Source: Catajapyx aquilonaris (Eukaryota). Taken from it: a stretch of 56,590 nucleotides of DNA. Every line of letters begins with the position of its first letter. Position 1 is the first letter of the stretch. Below the pieces are notes generated by a model that saw only the letters and a program-made list of their open reading frames with translations, did not search any database and was not told where the DNA came from. The position numbers were made by a program, and so were the translations under genes. Below, piece by piece: positions 34,801-49,652 of the stretch. The stretch spans positions 1 to 56,590 of the forward strand of contig JYFJ02002652.1 of the NCBI GenBank assembly GCA_000934665.2, written 5' to 3'.

Positions 34801-37800
34801 TTATTTATTGTTGTTGTTATTATTCTCTCATTGAAATTTTAACGGACAGACAAGTTTAATGACCCTGCCTTTGTCAGCAGATGGATTTTTAATAGTATTT
34901 TCCAGTTAATCAAGTTTAGGGCATTACTAGCATGTTTTCCCCACAATATGTCTTCATCAGCAGAAAAAAAAAACAGTAAACAAAAAAACACCCATCGATT
35001 CTTACCTATACCTACACCCTGATTGTGCTCATTCTTGATCAAAAAATTACAGGGTCTTTCAGAAAATAACCTGCTCAGTGTCTCAATCAGGTCCACAATT
35101 ATTATTTTTTTGGTCCAACAAAACTCCATCTAATGCAAGAAGTCTGACAAAACCTCCACAATATTTCTGCCCAATCTCGTTCGATTTGACACTTGACAGG
35201 GTTCATAGGGAGTCTATCAATGGTTTCTCTTCTCATAGGCCTATCTCGGGCCTGTCTCCTCTAGTATTTGCGCCTCATGATGGTCCACAAGAAGCAACTT
35301 CCGGAGCAGATTAGATTCAAGTTCATTCTGATTGATGAGCAGAGAAGGAGGAGGGGGGTTTCGAAGGGGGCATCGGGCAAGACTCGGTCCATACACGTCA
35401 ATGGAGTTGTGAGTCGAGCTCCCAAGGTGAGATAGATGCATGCAACTCCTTAGTCAAATGCCCTGGGCTATTGTTCCCATAAAGTTGTTTACAGCTGATC
35501 GTGTCATACTCACGATACAAACACAAGAAAGCAGCAGCGACAACATTCCATTCAGGCGGATACCACTTTCCTGTCTTGGTAGCGCAAATTATTCTCTCAT
35601 TAATCATGAAGGGTAATTACTGCTGTCGTAGAATTTACAGACACAATTAACAAATTGGTATCTCTTATTACTTGGAAGTAACGGACGTCTGGGGTTGAAA
35701 AACAGCTCTGCATACTTCGCGGTATCACCTGATTGTTTGAGAATTTCTTGCCCAATGGCCTGCGGAGTTGTAAATGGTACGCCGGTTCTCAGAATGCATT
35801 ATTTTTTTCAGTCGTGACTTGGTCATCAGCTAGTTCATCAAATCAAATGGCAAGGATTAAATGAATATTTAACTCGCTGCTTAAAATATTTTTGGTGTAC
35901 ACGTCGAGCTCGGGAACAATTTTTCATGGGCATTTACTAACCAAATTAGATTGCAAACTGTGTATTATTACACACTTTCGTACATAAGAAGTCTCTAATG
36001 CACTCAGTGTGCAGTTACATACATAACTAAAATATGCACCGACATATCCATGCTACACACCAACAAAATGCATTTAGTGTCACCTAATACAGACATTTGA
36101 GCATGGAAGTGCGTAGAGATCAGCAAAATACCTCCAAACTGTACAAATATTATACAATTTGGACGAAACGTTATCGTTAAACAAATCGCTTTTATCAAAG
36201 AATATGTTTCAATTATTGGCACTTGTTATCTCGCGCCGACTTTATTTATTCAAATGACTCGTCCACTACAGAGTGCATTGCCGCCCGCGGCAAGGTCGCA
36301 GCACAACTGTCTTCCTTTTCCTTCAATTTCAAGCTATGTACTGAACTCTCAAATATGCTGGATTCGCATATGCACACACACACACACACACACACACACC
36401 GTCCAGCAACAAACAAAAACCAGACTGACCATGGCCGGCAAGTTGACTTATTGCGTCAACTCCCCTTTCGAAGCAGATAGTAAAAAAATACCTAAGAAGA
36501 TAACAACGTGTGACCTAATAACACAGTCAATAATAAAAACCGACAAGTCCACCCCCAGACTTTGGACCACCTCGAGTGTGACCAAATGACAATATGTGGT
36601 ACAATATGTAGCTCAACTATTTCTAAACCACGTTATTTGCGAGTTAGTGACACATACGCACAGAACTTTCGGGTTTCGAGGCCGACGCTGGGGGTCGGAG
36701 TGAGTGACGTGACAGCGGCATCAGAGTAGGTCAACTGGATAAGATACCCACTGCCGCCCTACTGTACATGCAAAAAGGGACGTACCGAACCCGACACGAA
36801 CTGACCCTGCGATTTCAATCAAACTCACCCTGAACCTAGGGTTGGATCCCGGTCTTCTGGCCGGAAGGCTATGTCTCCTCTCAGCATGAGGACGACCTAC
36901 TGGTGCCGGTACCGCTTCCATCTAAACACAGATTGGTACCGATGCAACTTCAATCCTTCTATCTACCTGCTCAGCCATGGTTTCCCATCCTCATTCCGAT
37001 CATATGGCCTCATGGCTATATCAAAAAACCCAATAGCAAAACAATGGTTGTCACGTCAGCTGGACCATACAGGCTACCAGGTGCTGCTGCCCTCAACAAT
37101 TGACACCTAGTGACACCAGCACCGCACTCTGAAGCACCCGCTCGTATCACACCTCGCAGTGAGAGTGGGCAATCAGCATGGGAGACTTGGGTAGGGATTC
37201 TATGGGCTACAAAGCTCGCTCTAGGGCCGCTTTGCACATACGTAAATCCTTTTATATATACAAGCATGGTAGCATTTTAAAATACCTTGCCTGTTACAAA
37301 ATGCCAGTGGGTCCAGAATAACGATATGCAGAATGATGGACAAGAGCATGTGTGCAGGAGGTCAGCTTTTGTCCAGAGGCATATGCAAAAAAAAAAAAAA
37401 AACGAGGCACGCTATGTATATGGCGTACACATGTGGCGGCAGCTAGAAAAGCAAACAAAAGTTCTTTTCCATCTGTGTAGCGAACAAATTGAAGAAAAGG
37501 CACTCTAATCGCTCACTTGCCAAATAAGCTAATTATGACTGTATCATACTTCAGTGGAACAGTTGTCTTCGCCAAAGGCAGCAGTTGGAAGGGCAATGCA
37601 CTGCAAAATTGCATTATAGAACATCTCTACTGTAGTAATTCAGTTACGATTGGCTTTTTAAAAGCGATGGACAACTTTCAATTACCTACTTTTGGAAGTT
37701 GCTTGCATTGCGTCGCTTTGAGTGAAACCCATCATGATTGTGGTCCTGTTCTGCACTTCCCATTATAATTATAATGTCCAACCCGGAAGTGCCTCGGAAA

Positions 37801-40800
37801 ATGTAAGACCTGCAATATAACCATGTTGAGGTACCGGTAATCAAAATCTGTGTACAATTACTGCCCTAATGATGTCGTTTGGCTAGAGATCAATGAGCTT
37901 TGAAGTTCAGTATTATAGACATATCGGAGGTGGTATAAAAGATAAACACATGAAAGACAGCACACGAAGGAAGTCTCTAGATCCTTCCAGAGGGATCCAA
38001 TTAAATACACACAAAACGAACACATATTCGACACAGAATCAGTGTCGTATGACACACAAACGTGCTAGGCAATCTCGTCAACGCGTTTTGTGTCAAATGA
38101 CACAAGTGTGCCACGTGATACGACACACAGCATATCCTAATTACGCGTATTTTCTTAGCAAATACAAGCCTAAACGTGTCACGTGACATACTTGAGGAAG
38201 GATGACATAATGTCACATGTGTGGTTTTCTGCGGCAGAATGTGTCTTAGACTCTTTCGCGTTGCGTTACGTTACATTTCCGGCATAAAATTTTATTTACA
38301 CATTTTGTCATACCAAAACGTTTTGTGTTACAAATTATGTCAGAAGCACACTGTGCACACCGGATTAGATCCAGCCGATCCAGCAACTTTGCATGGCCGT
38401 AATCGTACAGCATACCGGAAAGTGTGAAAAGAAGCATTATCATGTTACACGAGCAAATAAGTCACATCAGCGTTGCGTCGGCTAGTTCCTGTAGTTCCTC
38501 ATTAGGTCAAAGTACTGCATTACTTCCATGCCTAATTGCTAATAGTTATCGTTATGCCAGAAAATACCCAAGTGTTATTCTCAACAAATAGTAACTAGGT
38601 ATATAGGATGTTGCAACATAGTTAGTAATGGTTAGCTTTGAGATTGAGTTATTTATTAAGCAGTTCTGTAACAGGTACTATCGGGAGCAAATATTTGGCT
38701 GCGACTACAGGGATAGATCAAAAAGATCGGCAGTAGTAGGACGTTACTGTCGGCATATACAGAACCCAACGTCATACCGAAAGACCAGGTATATACCTAT
38801 AGTGGCCTTTTCTACCTTGAGCAGTGCACTACATGCTATACTGTCCTAATAGGCATATTAGACTAAACTGGTCTAGGATCTAGGAAGGGTGTGTTTCAGT
38901 TAGCTGCAGATGCTAATTAAGCCTAACAAGCCTATTTTCCCTAGGCCCGATTATTGTGCACTTCATCAGATGACAGGTCATCAATTTCCCATATTCTGAA
39001 CAACAAATCAATGTACGAGGCTAAATTACGCCGCCGCACCTAACCAACCCTTACAATTGCACATTACAATACATTCACATCTTCCGTCAAGTTGATTAGG
39101 TACCTGACGTGAACTGTAATGACTTATTCAGCTTCAGTCAACATTTGCACCCAATTGAGATGACACCATGGTTGCATCGGGGATTATTGCCTACTGCACA
39201 GTACTCGGATTACGCAATACCGCCGAGATAGAGAGGTGATTCCAACTCTCATGGCACGTGTCTCATGGTAACCAAAATGTATGTCCTATATGTGCGTGCT
39301 GCTTCTCTTGCGCCAAATATCTATCAGCGGTTTAATGATTATCAAAGACATCCATGACAGCCTTATACAATGCAATTATCGAGACGATTGCTTCATATAT
39401 GTGCCGATAATAAGTAGGCATGTGGGACACACAGATACCGACCTTCATTTATGGGTGGCTATAACTACGCAAATGGGGCAAAGTCGGTATACACAATAAG
39501 GATTGTTTTGCAAACCTGACAGACTATACTTCGATTGTTGTACTGACACCATGCTATTTTGCTGAGGTGGACTCAATTTGAGATCACTTATGACATTCAC
39601 ACATTTCTTGTCATTTGTGGATCATGCGACGGTTTTATGAGACGTGTTGTAATCGAGGCAATTTGGCGCACTGGGATCATTCATTAAGCCTCAAAGCCAA
39701 CACTTTCTGGCCATGATTATCTTTAGTCATTTACAGATCCATAACTGAAATAATCGTAATTTTATGAGCAGGAATTTAAAAAATACACAAGTTTGACGAC
39801 TTGTCTTAGAAGGGGCGGCACAATCCGGAGATGACTCCTATTATTCACGTTTGTGACGAAATGAAAATTGGCACACAATTATCTCCGTAATGAAACCGAA
39901 ATGGCCATTAGAGATATTTCATCTTGGAATATTGCAGGAATTTCTAAGCCTGAGTGGACGTGGACACCTATTGCACCACCCGGCATATGGTAAATCTATC
40001 AAGCGCTGTAAATCCCATAAAATGAGATTTCCAAAGGTTGATATACGCATAACTCTATACGGACTTGAGCTGACTTTTGTTTCACCCATTATATATGAAG
40101 TACTTGCAAGGTTGTCGCATAATACATATGGAAGAAGTGTTTGTTTATCGGGGTTCGAAGCTCAAGCATCGAACCGTATAGAATCATGTTCATCATGCGA
40201 TATAAACACGAACGGCATCGACAATATAAAATTTATAGTAACTTCTCTCACGAATCATTACGGTTACGCAAGAAGGTTTACTCGCGCGACGTTTGGTATA
40301 CAATATTACACAACAATCTGTGAGGGCTTGTATTCGGCGAAGGCCTCTGAATAGGCAAGTCTTGATGAAGAAATTATTGAGGCATGAAAAACATAACATG
40401 CTAGTACTGTACCACATACTATCGCTTTGCAGACCAAAAGTGTGCATGATTGTGATGCCGCATTTACAGCATCATCATCATCACCATCACCATCACGACA
40501 TTTCCTTATAAGGGGTAGTCAGCGATGACGGGAGCCGCAAGCTGACCCAAAATGCATTTACAGCATCCCATTTAGAATTTCGGGATGCCAAACATTATTA
40601 TGATACAGCCTCTCTTTGTGACAAGGTTCAGTATAGATAGCAATGGTATGATAGTCACGCCATCATTGTTTCATGGAATGAGCGCTAAAGTATTCTAAGA
40701 CAATGGTACCTATACAGCTGAGATCATGCACCCCGGAAACACAGCATTTGAGCAAATAGGATTGTCTTCTTATATTAGATTTACTTACTAAATGAATGGA

Positions 40801-42847
40801 TTCTATTCAGCAGAATATGGAACTATATACTTATGCCATCAGTCTGTCAATGAGAGAAATACACATTATGAGTCAGATGTAGTCTGACTATTGCAATTAT
40901 AAATAAGTTATCAATATCAAACAGTCATATAATTCAGATATGTTAACAGATCATGTAATAATCTTGATCTGTGATAAAATAGCTGACAACGTTTATTATG
41001 TAAATTAAAGTCATTCAGCTTGATTGCATAAGGGAAAACTATTAAAATACATTTTTAGACTGACCACATTCACTGATTCACCCTGTATGCATGGTATAGC
41101 CGCATAACGAGCTAAATGGATATAGGTGTTAGGTGCATGTACTATACTAGCAATATTTACCTTAAACACTTGTGCAATAATGAGCTGTCTTTTTACTCCA
41201 CATATCGCATGATAGCGTACCGCCCTTGGCAAGGACAAATGAAAGAAAAATAATAATTGGAGTTCATATCGAGGGCCCTGAGTCGACAATAACTTATAAA
41301 TGTCTCGGGGACTACATTATTCATGTCCAAGGCAACATGGCGCGGTGCAGGCAGACAGATAGGTGCTATGAACAGTGTGTACCAGTACACAATGTGCCAA
41401 CAACACCTGCATGACGGCCCTTCGGTTGCCATAGAGTGTATGAGCCCACTCCATTGTCTCTGGACTCTGTGATAACCCACTCCACTCTATCATCTGAGAC
41501 CTCCTTCACTAGAATCGGATATATAGTATCGCCACCCTTATAGGAATACATATTGCAACAGCAAAATCCACATGCATTGTTACGCAACACGAGACAATTA
41601 GTGAATTCTCACTGTCATAGCCACTACAGGGTGCCACGACCACAAAAAAAAAAACACATGATCACAACACCTATAATTTCCTTGTAGTCGCATGCTGACC
41701 TAATCCAAGACCACCAACAGAAAAGTATCCTAACGATTTACAACCTGGACAAACCCGTTTTGAGAAACCAATATCCACATCCTTTCAACTCTCATTGAAT
41801 TTGATTCGTCTGCTGAACATTTATCGCCGCATACATTTCTCTCTCCTTATCTCCCGCCCCGCATACTGGCTCGGATCACGTGTTCCACTTCAACACGGTT
41901 CAACTGATAATTAATGCATTTAGAATGGACAAGGACCCCCCCCCCCCTCATCCTTCCCCACCAATTGTTACCCCACAGTCCTGCAGTTGTGCCATCTATG
42001 TGTTTACCTCCACCAATCAGCCACATTACTCATGCATGCAATCATTTATCACCACTTCCCTGCCTTTTTTATCGAGCAACAAATCTAAAAGGGACAAAGG
42101 GCCGATTTGTCTGCCAGAATTGTACTAATAAGCGTCACTGAAGCAAAAAAGGATGTGAAGACATGAATAAAGGAATAAGTTTTTTGCGAGTCGGCCTATA
42201 AACTCCCGGGGCCCAAGAGTGATGGTGTAGAACTCATCTGTCGCATACATACACGTTAAAGGCCAGAGAGACACCTTACGGCTCATACCATAACCACGTC
42301 CGTCGTACGATATACTGTATGTATTTTCGTACCTCACTTATGCACATCTGCAACACCCGGTTCAGGTTGATCGAATAAAACCATCTTCCGGCCTGGTTTC
42401 TCGCAATCGTTACAGTCCACCCAATGTGAAAAACCCATGATTAGTTTCATGCATGACACATTATTGTAGAAAACTGCCCTGTTTTAAAATTCATCGGTCA
42501 TTACTCGCACCAAGGTTCATCCTTTAAATTATTAATTTCAAGGGCACTCGCTACACCGCCTCTGAATGTTAATCATACTCCCGTAATATTGCAAAAAAAA
42601 ACATCCGCTGTTTTAAATCACTAAAACCACGTTTCTTCGATATCATATCCGGCCACAAAATGTTACATGCTTTCCACTCCCAGTAACCTCCCGGAGAATT
42701 AAAAGGTCATGGCGATAAGTCTAGATACCCCCAGAATCTGCGTGGCAAACTGACAATGATGAGTCAACCTACCCCCGCCGCTAGACATTGTCGGTGTACT
42801 GGTGGCTGCCTACCCGCCAGGATACAACAAGCACAATCTGCACTCAC

Positions 42848-42856
42848 CACGGCCAT
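42848..42856 (-). CDS. Alternative candidate start for the MCT gene (Met-Ala-Val then donor)
   Basis: gacATGGCCGTG|gtgagtg: ATG in good Kozak-like context, three codons, then a consensus donor in phase 0 compatible with the exon at 28133. Confidence 0.4.
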
Positions 42857-42944
42857 GTCGCCCTCAACACTACCGGTTCACCTCACACGTGCTTAGGACA
42901 GAGTGTCAACAAAAGGCATGCAAATGAACCGGAGATGAGCCCAC

Positions 42945-43193
42945 CCCATGGTCTTCGACGTCCTCCGTTTCCACTTTGTCCTCTTCCGCTTCCTCCTTCC
43001 GTTCCTCTTCCTCTTCCTCCTCCTCTTCCTCACCACCTTCTTCACCTTGCTCAGGGGCCGCCATGCAGCACTGCTCTGCCAGCTGATGCCCCTCTCCCAG
43101 TCCCTTTATGCCTCCCGACGCCGCCAATGAGACTGCCCCACCCTCTGACGTCATGCCTACAACCATCGATTCAATCCTACCCCCTATACACAT
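42945..43193 (-). CDS. Candidate upstream (N-terminal) coding exon of the MCT gene, Glu-rich
   Basis: GC-rich ORF with three in-frame ATGs (43193, 43166, 43154) and a poly-Glu tract. A possible donor GGG|gtgggc at 42945 is phase 0, matching the phase-0 acceptor at 28133. The donor is non-consensus and the join is inferred. Confidence 0.4.
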
Positions 43194-46042
43194 GCACCAC
43201 CACCTCTTAGTATATGTTCCTTTCCTTCCGAAAGCGAACGGGAAATGTCACCGCCTCGTCCCATTCACATTCTCGGACCGACACGACATGTTACATATAC
43301 CAGACGCCAAATGACAATGCATGGCCGTACTACCCGGTGTCAGATGGATACACGGGTGTTGACTTCATGAGAAGACAATGTGGAGGTAGATATGAAGGAA
43401 GCTCCGAACCAAGGGCGTTTGACGGGCACGATTAGACATGCCGATGTCCACAGTACTCGGTATTCATCACAGGAAGTGTTCCGGTTCGGAGGCCGGATTT
43501 ACGCGGGACAACCAATTGACGTTAGCCCTGGATCAAGTCAACCAGTAAGCAGCCACAGAAACTGCTTCCAGATTTATTTTTTGTTGTGGATCAAGTGAAA
43601 GTGTTGGAGAGAGGTTGGCATCCTGGTGTTGACAGTTCAACGACTGTTATTCAAAGCAATGGACTCACGAATATTTCGCATAATGATATAAAGATAATCA
43701 GCAAAACGATACTGCTGTTCATGAGGTCACTCTTAATAATGTCGCGTGTAACCGATCCTGCTGGATATAGCGAAAACCTGCCTATAATGGACTCTTTGTT
43801 TGGTTCCGACGCAGCTTTTTTCAATAATAACGTGTTTCTGTCGCCTCTTCAGTACGGGAACAAAACAAAATCCAGAACAGAGACCCTGTTATAGTATCAG
43901 GTTTCAGTGTTAGAGGAAACGTGGAAAAGAAGCGGTTGCTACCCATTAGGCGTACTAGGAACTAATCTATGGCCGGAGTCTAAGAACCTTCAGACAAAAA
44001 ACCATAGTTGAAAACATCGGCCCCGTACATCGAACCCGGACAGTATATACTGTATAGGTGTTAATTCCGGGCAATAATCTGTTCAAAAAATTGTAACCAT
44101 TCAAGGAGCCGGAAGATTCTGTAAACATCATTAGTTTAATTGTGCCGGGTGTTTTCTACCATCCTTAATTATTACAGCACCGTTATTTAGCCACGAAAGG
44201 GCAAATTAGATGGCTTCTCTCAATCAAGCTACAACAAATGCTTTCGTTATCCACGTGCGGTATGGTTATCAGCCTGACACAAAGAACGTACAGGATTCGT
44301 GGAAGTGGTGCCATTCAGAATGTCATTGAACGTGTCCCGCGAAAATAGATGCCATCAGACAAAGCATGTATGTACTCTACATAACAAATAAACCGAATGC
44401 ATCATAATATGGCTAGACCTGCTCAGATAACATGTAACGCCGAATCATCCGTCGGTCCCGGCGCCGAATGACTATCAAAAGCCATATCGCATTGCTGCAA
44501 TTGTCACACACCAGGTTCTCTTTGACTTGCATTTGGTTAACATTATGCCGGAAACTGCCTTCTGTCAAGGGCATGCCTGGGCGTTCACTTTATCGCACGC
44601 ATGTATGGAACATATAAATAAATGGCTTTTTCAGTCGTTATTTTTTTCAGGTTACATGTTTCAGGGCATTACACCCACGTATAGTACGAATTACATTGAA
44701 CTAAATTATATGCAATATTGGCTGTCAATCAACACCGATCCTGAGTTGTCATATCGACAACTCTAGCCCATCCGAAACTGTTATTGACTTAGGTCGGTTA
44801 TACGCCCATCCAGATTAATGCAATTGCTAATCCAATTCCTGCAAAAGCGGCATCCTGTAATTGGCCATTAACAATACCGTTCCACACGGTATGTACCACG
44901 TGGCCGCCTGCAATGCTAATACTCTTGTACAGGACATCGCTTCCAATCAAACGGTCTATATAGGTCAGTTCCCAACTCATTCTTGTTGAGATCAAACTAG
45001 TTTTCTGACTCATTCCTGCTATACTGTATTGCACTGTAGAAGTCTATAATTTCACAGTCTGTTCTTTCACCATGGGAAAAGCGTGAAACCATTGGCTACA
45101 TCCCTACATGTAGCGCAGTGTACACAATAATTAAATTTGAATCCCTCGTTCCTCGTTTTGTATATTCTGCATACGAGTTTGGAACTATCCTGAGCTTGCC
45201 TATCTCCGCCCACCGCAACCTACTCTATCCCTATAATATCCTCCAGATACGTATCTCAGTCGAGTGCTTTCAGCTATCGCTTTGCAGATTCTGCCTCCCC
45301 ACACCATCGCTATCTCTACTGTCCCTATTACTGCTCAATATGTGGTCTAGGAAAATCTCGGCCAGACGTCATACGAAAGATGCATCTATATTTTTCAGAG
45401 TTGCCAACAGAATGTTTTGACAGCAGACAAAATGACGCATTTCAAAATCGCTTATACGAGTATCTTGCGCTGTCACGCTCGCCTCTGTGGACTCATTGGC
45501 TAGGCAACTACATGCAATGAATGAGGGATACACTTTTAATATAGACGATGCCAGTAAGTCTATACTCTATATAGGATACCCCCCACCACTCAAACCTCGT
45601 ATCGTTATTAGAAGATAGAGAGAGAAAAAAGACAATGGGGCAAAAGACACATGCGTCAGAGCTGGCCACTTCTTCACCTGCCATGCCCTTCTTTTGTGAC
45701 AAATACAAAGAGCACTCAAGGCGTCCTTATTGGTGATGGAAAGAGAGTGGCGGAGAAACATGGGTGTCAGAACACTGACAGCCCAAGTTGGTAGGAAAAA
45801 GATACCGAGAACACACTTTTTTTGTCCCATTTTCTTCACTGGAAGAACCCAATTGACATGAAGTCACCAGAATTGTTACTCGTCTGACGTCTCCATCCAT
45901 TTTTTACTCTATGTCGATAAGGTCCATAAGGAATTATGCCATCATCGACCACATACAGGAACTTCAGACACACATGTCATGTTGTACCACATCAGCATAC
46001 CAATCAAAGGGCACGTTCAAAATTGATTGCACCAAGTGTATA

Positions 46043-46166
46043 CCGGGTGTCCCAAAAATCAGCTCAGGTCCGTATTGGTGGAAATGCTCACCATGTCTTT
46101 CAACCAGGGTGCTTACTTGACATTGTTGTACCGATACTCACCTGAGCTAACTTTTAGGACACCCTT
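46043..46166. mobile_element. Small Tc1/mariner-like MITE
   Basis: TA|CCGGGTGTCCCAAAAATCAGCTCAGGT vs ACCTGAGCTAACTTTTAGGACACCCTT|TA. Confidence 0.65.
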
Positions 46167-48399
46167 TACATCGTTGAGTGTGATGTATTGAAAGGAGAAA
46201 CCGATTGTTGTGTACACATTACAGGGTGGAAGTCAACATTCAGCCTACGAAATGTTCAGCGAGAGAAGCAATTGAATGAAGAAGAAACCCGATAGGGAAT
46301 ATTGACGACATGAGAAATAAAGAGAGTTGCTATTACACACTGTACAGTATACAATGTGGCCTATAGCAACACCCTGTGCCGTATATGATGCGCGGTAATT
46401 TTAAAGCACTAATTAAATCCGAATGTAGTTTGCGCAAGGACTGTATTCGTCCTTCGTACACCCATAATTAAGAGTCAATGACACTTTATGTCCATAATCA
46501 TTGTTATATTAAAATTCGATTCAAGGTAGGCAATTTTTTCATTGATGCCCTACATACTACATGAAGGTCCGTTTACTTTCTGTCGTATTCGCCATAGAAT
46601 ACACTGTAATTCGGGGATCCGGCACTCAAGAGCAGCTAATTAGTGAATATGTTAGATGGCAACGAATCATGACAGCTAATCTAGGCAAATAATGGGACTA
46701 CACCAAAGCACTACGGAGCAAGTCACATGCAATATAACACTGTATAGGCAGGCTAAACTATGTTATTCCACCCAATCATCAAGTAACCAACCCTTTACAA
46801 AATCCATTCCTTTCACATTATGATCCCTTTTCCTGTGCTGTTGGCAAGCTGAGTTACTATAAATAGCGATGTAGCAATCGATAACCGGGGATATGGGATA
46901 TGGGAAGAGTGGGGGAAGGCGGGGAATGAGTTGGGCAGGCGCAAATGTTTAGTAGCATGCGGCATGGTGAGCTATCTAGTCGGATCCTCTCATGACTCCT
47001 GCCCTACATTAAATTTAATCGCCAACTATTTAAGATACGCGCAATATATCCGAAATTGTAGTCAATATGCAAATTTTGGGGTACATTATTAATTTTTGCA
47101 GGGAATATCGCTCTGGTGTAAATCACTAAAACGCTCGTTTTGGTTCAGGACTTGTGACATATGAAGACAATACCTCCTGACCTCTGTTGCTCTCAGGCTA
47201 CAGGGTCTGGAGGGCGCAGTAAATCAATGGACCTGCAGGAAGCCTCCGCAGTGCCCCCTCTCTTCGACCCCATCCCTGCCTCTTCCTATAGCCCTGTATC
47301 CCTCATTTCTCCCGCCTAGATCGCTCAACCTGAACAGCTCTACTTCCCATCTTGTGATCCGTGCTCTTAATGCACTATCCACACATCTTGGTATCATGAC
47401 CTGATCCCATCCAAGGTGCACTTTCTCACACCCATTCAGATGCAGCATGTATTGAGGGCATGTATTGAGGAGGTTTCATTCATGTAGCATGTAGTCTATA
47501 AATACGATTATCCTATTCAAATAAGCCTTTTGTAAATTTGAATACTAACCCTAGAATATCGGTAGTGGCGCAATGATAATGACCCATCTGTTGCATTAAT
47601 GATAGCTCTATTGACACAGCTTTCTTTACATGCAAGTATGTATTAAGATTGTAATTTCATACCCACATCGTGAAGGTGTGGTAAGTACGCTTTATTGTCT
47701 AATAAAAAGTAACGTTTTAACACATACGAAATTTTTAATATGTCGTTACTGTAATGACAGATAAAATTCTCGTAAAATTTATGTCGAAATGAGATTACAT
47801 TACATTGTTCCCATAACCACCCAGCCGGCAGGTGACACATTTTTACGGCAAGCAGGAACAGGAGTTGTGAGAGTTCATGGAAAAGATCGACCCACAAATG
47901 AGACCAACCTGAGGTGGGTCTGGAGTCTCAAAGCAACAGGTTACCCTGGGTTTCTGTCAATGCCCGGCGCGAACGCAAGTAATTTTTAAAAAAAATACCT
48001 GGCGCAAGAGGACAGACATTCTGACATGTGGTTAACCCTAATTAGGCGGTTAACTTTTGTAATTTTTGCTAATTTTAGAAGTTGAAAAATATTTCTTGGT
48101 TGTAGACTAACAGGAAAGCGGTTCAAAGTTCACATGTCGGGCTGATCTCATGGACTATCCCTAATGATAGTAAAATGAAAATTCTACTTTGAAACTGCAC
48201 GGTTTTGTGGAAAAATAATCGAGTTTTATTTCACTGACACTGCCCGTTTTTCGAATTGGGTCACTCATTAATTATGTTTTATTGTGCCTAAATGTTATGC
48301 CTATGTTCATGTGCAACCAACAATTTTACTAAGAAATAATACATCTGCACTTTATTTGCTCACAGAACCAATTTAATTATTCCTGATATGTCAGTTTAA

Positions 48400-48525
48400 C
48401 CTCCTGAGACCCCTGGTACAGTATACTGTACCTTTGTTTTTTTCCCCAGCACCTTCTGACTAACTCAAACGCGCAAAAAACCCAAAAGCAAAGGTACAGT
48501 ATACTGTACCAGGGGTCTCAGGAGG
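48400..48525. mobile_element. piggyBac-like MITE
   Basis: TTAA|CCTCCTGAGACCCCTGGTACAGTATACTGTACCTTTG and an exact inverted copy ending |TTAA. Confidence 0.9.
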
Positions 48526-49652
48526 TTAAAACATTTGCACTTTAACTATTAGCTTAATAGGGCTGCTTCTGAAGCAGATGACTCAGTTGGTGTCAGACAA
48601 GTTTATCAGCCCACTTCTGGCACTCACCTTGATGGGCTTCAACAGAATACAAAAAATGGCTAGTCTCTGCAAAGGGAAGAGGCGGAGTGGTAGGGGAGAA
48701 TAAAAGATCTAGAAAGCCTTTCAATCCCCGTGACATCAAGGATCAAAAGGATATACCAGACGCACTGCTCTATAAATCTCGTCAGAATCAAACCACATAT
48801 TCGTGACAGAAGGAAGGTCGATGGATTAAGCTTTGCGCCCGGTTGGTAAGGGCAAGAAATAAGTGGGTCGTTTAAATTGCAAAAACTGAAATGTCAACCA
48901 TCGATGTCAATCAATGTCGAAGTATGTGTTCAATCAATTTTATGAAAATGTCTCGCTGAAAGAAACTATTGACACTTAGGGCACCTTGGGATGTGTGATA
49001 TAACTTAATATAAAAGGGTCAAAACTACAATGCTGATCGACACCAACGTACTTATTGATTGGTTAAGCTGTTTCAATACTTACAAGTTACTAAGGGATCT
49101 TCCATAAAATTACGTAAACAAAAAATGGGTGGAAGGGGGAGGGGGCTTTAAGTGTGCATGAATGTATAGGAACGTCAATGGGGGAAAGGGGAAGTCATAA
49201 TTGCTTACATACGGTAGTGTATAGCAATGCCAGGCCGCCCTTCTTAAATATAATTTAATTATGTATTGTATGCTTCAGTTGGTTAAAGTATTGGTAGAAT
49301 CATTATCGTCTAGAGACAACATTTATGACCAATATACCATTTCCTCCACATGACACTTCGTCCAATAAATACTGCCCAAAGGCATCTTGTCCATTGAATT
49401 TTTTTTGCCCAAAATGCTTTTTCATCCACAGATCAGAGGCCCAGTTGCAGCATTGAGAGTAGAACACATGGTGGAGGATTCTTGCTGTTGCATTATTATT
49501 ATTAACAACAACAACAACAACACCATCACGACATTTCCCTATGAAGGGGTAGTCAGCGATGACGGGAACCACAAGCTAACCCAAAATATGAACTAAATTA
49601 AAAATGGTAAAAATCACCCTATAAACCCCCCCCCCCCCTGCCCATCTCAGAC

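Noticed and set aside
33000..42700. Numerous 60-150 aa ORFs in the upstream intron/intergenic region
   Set aside because: No recognisable domains or consistent splice structure; lengths are as expected by chance.
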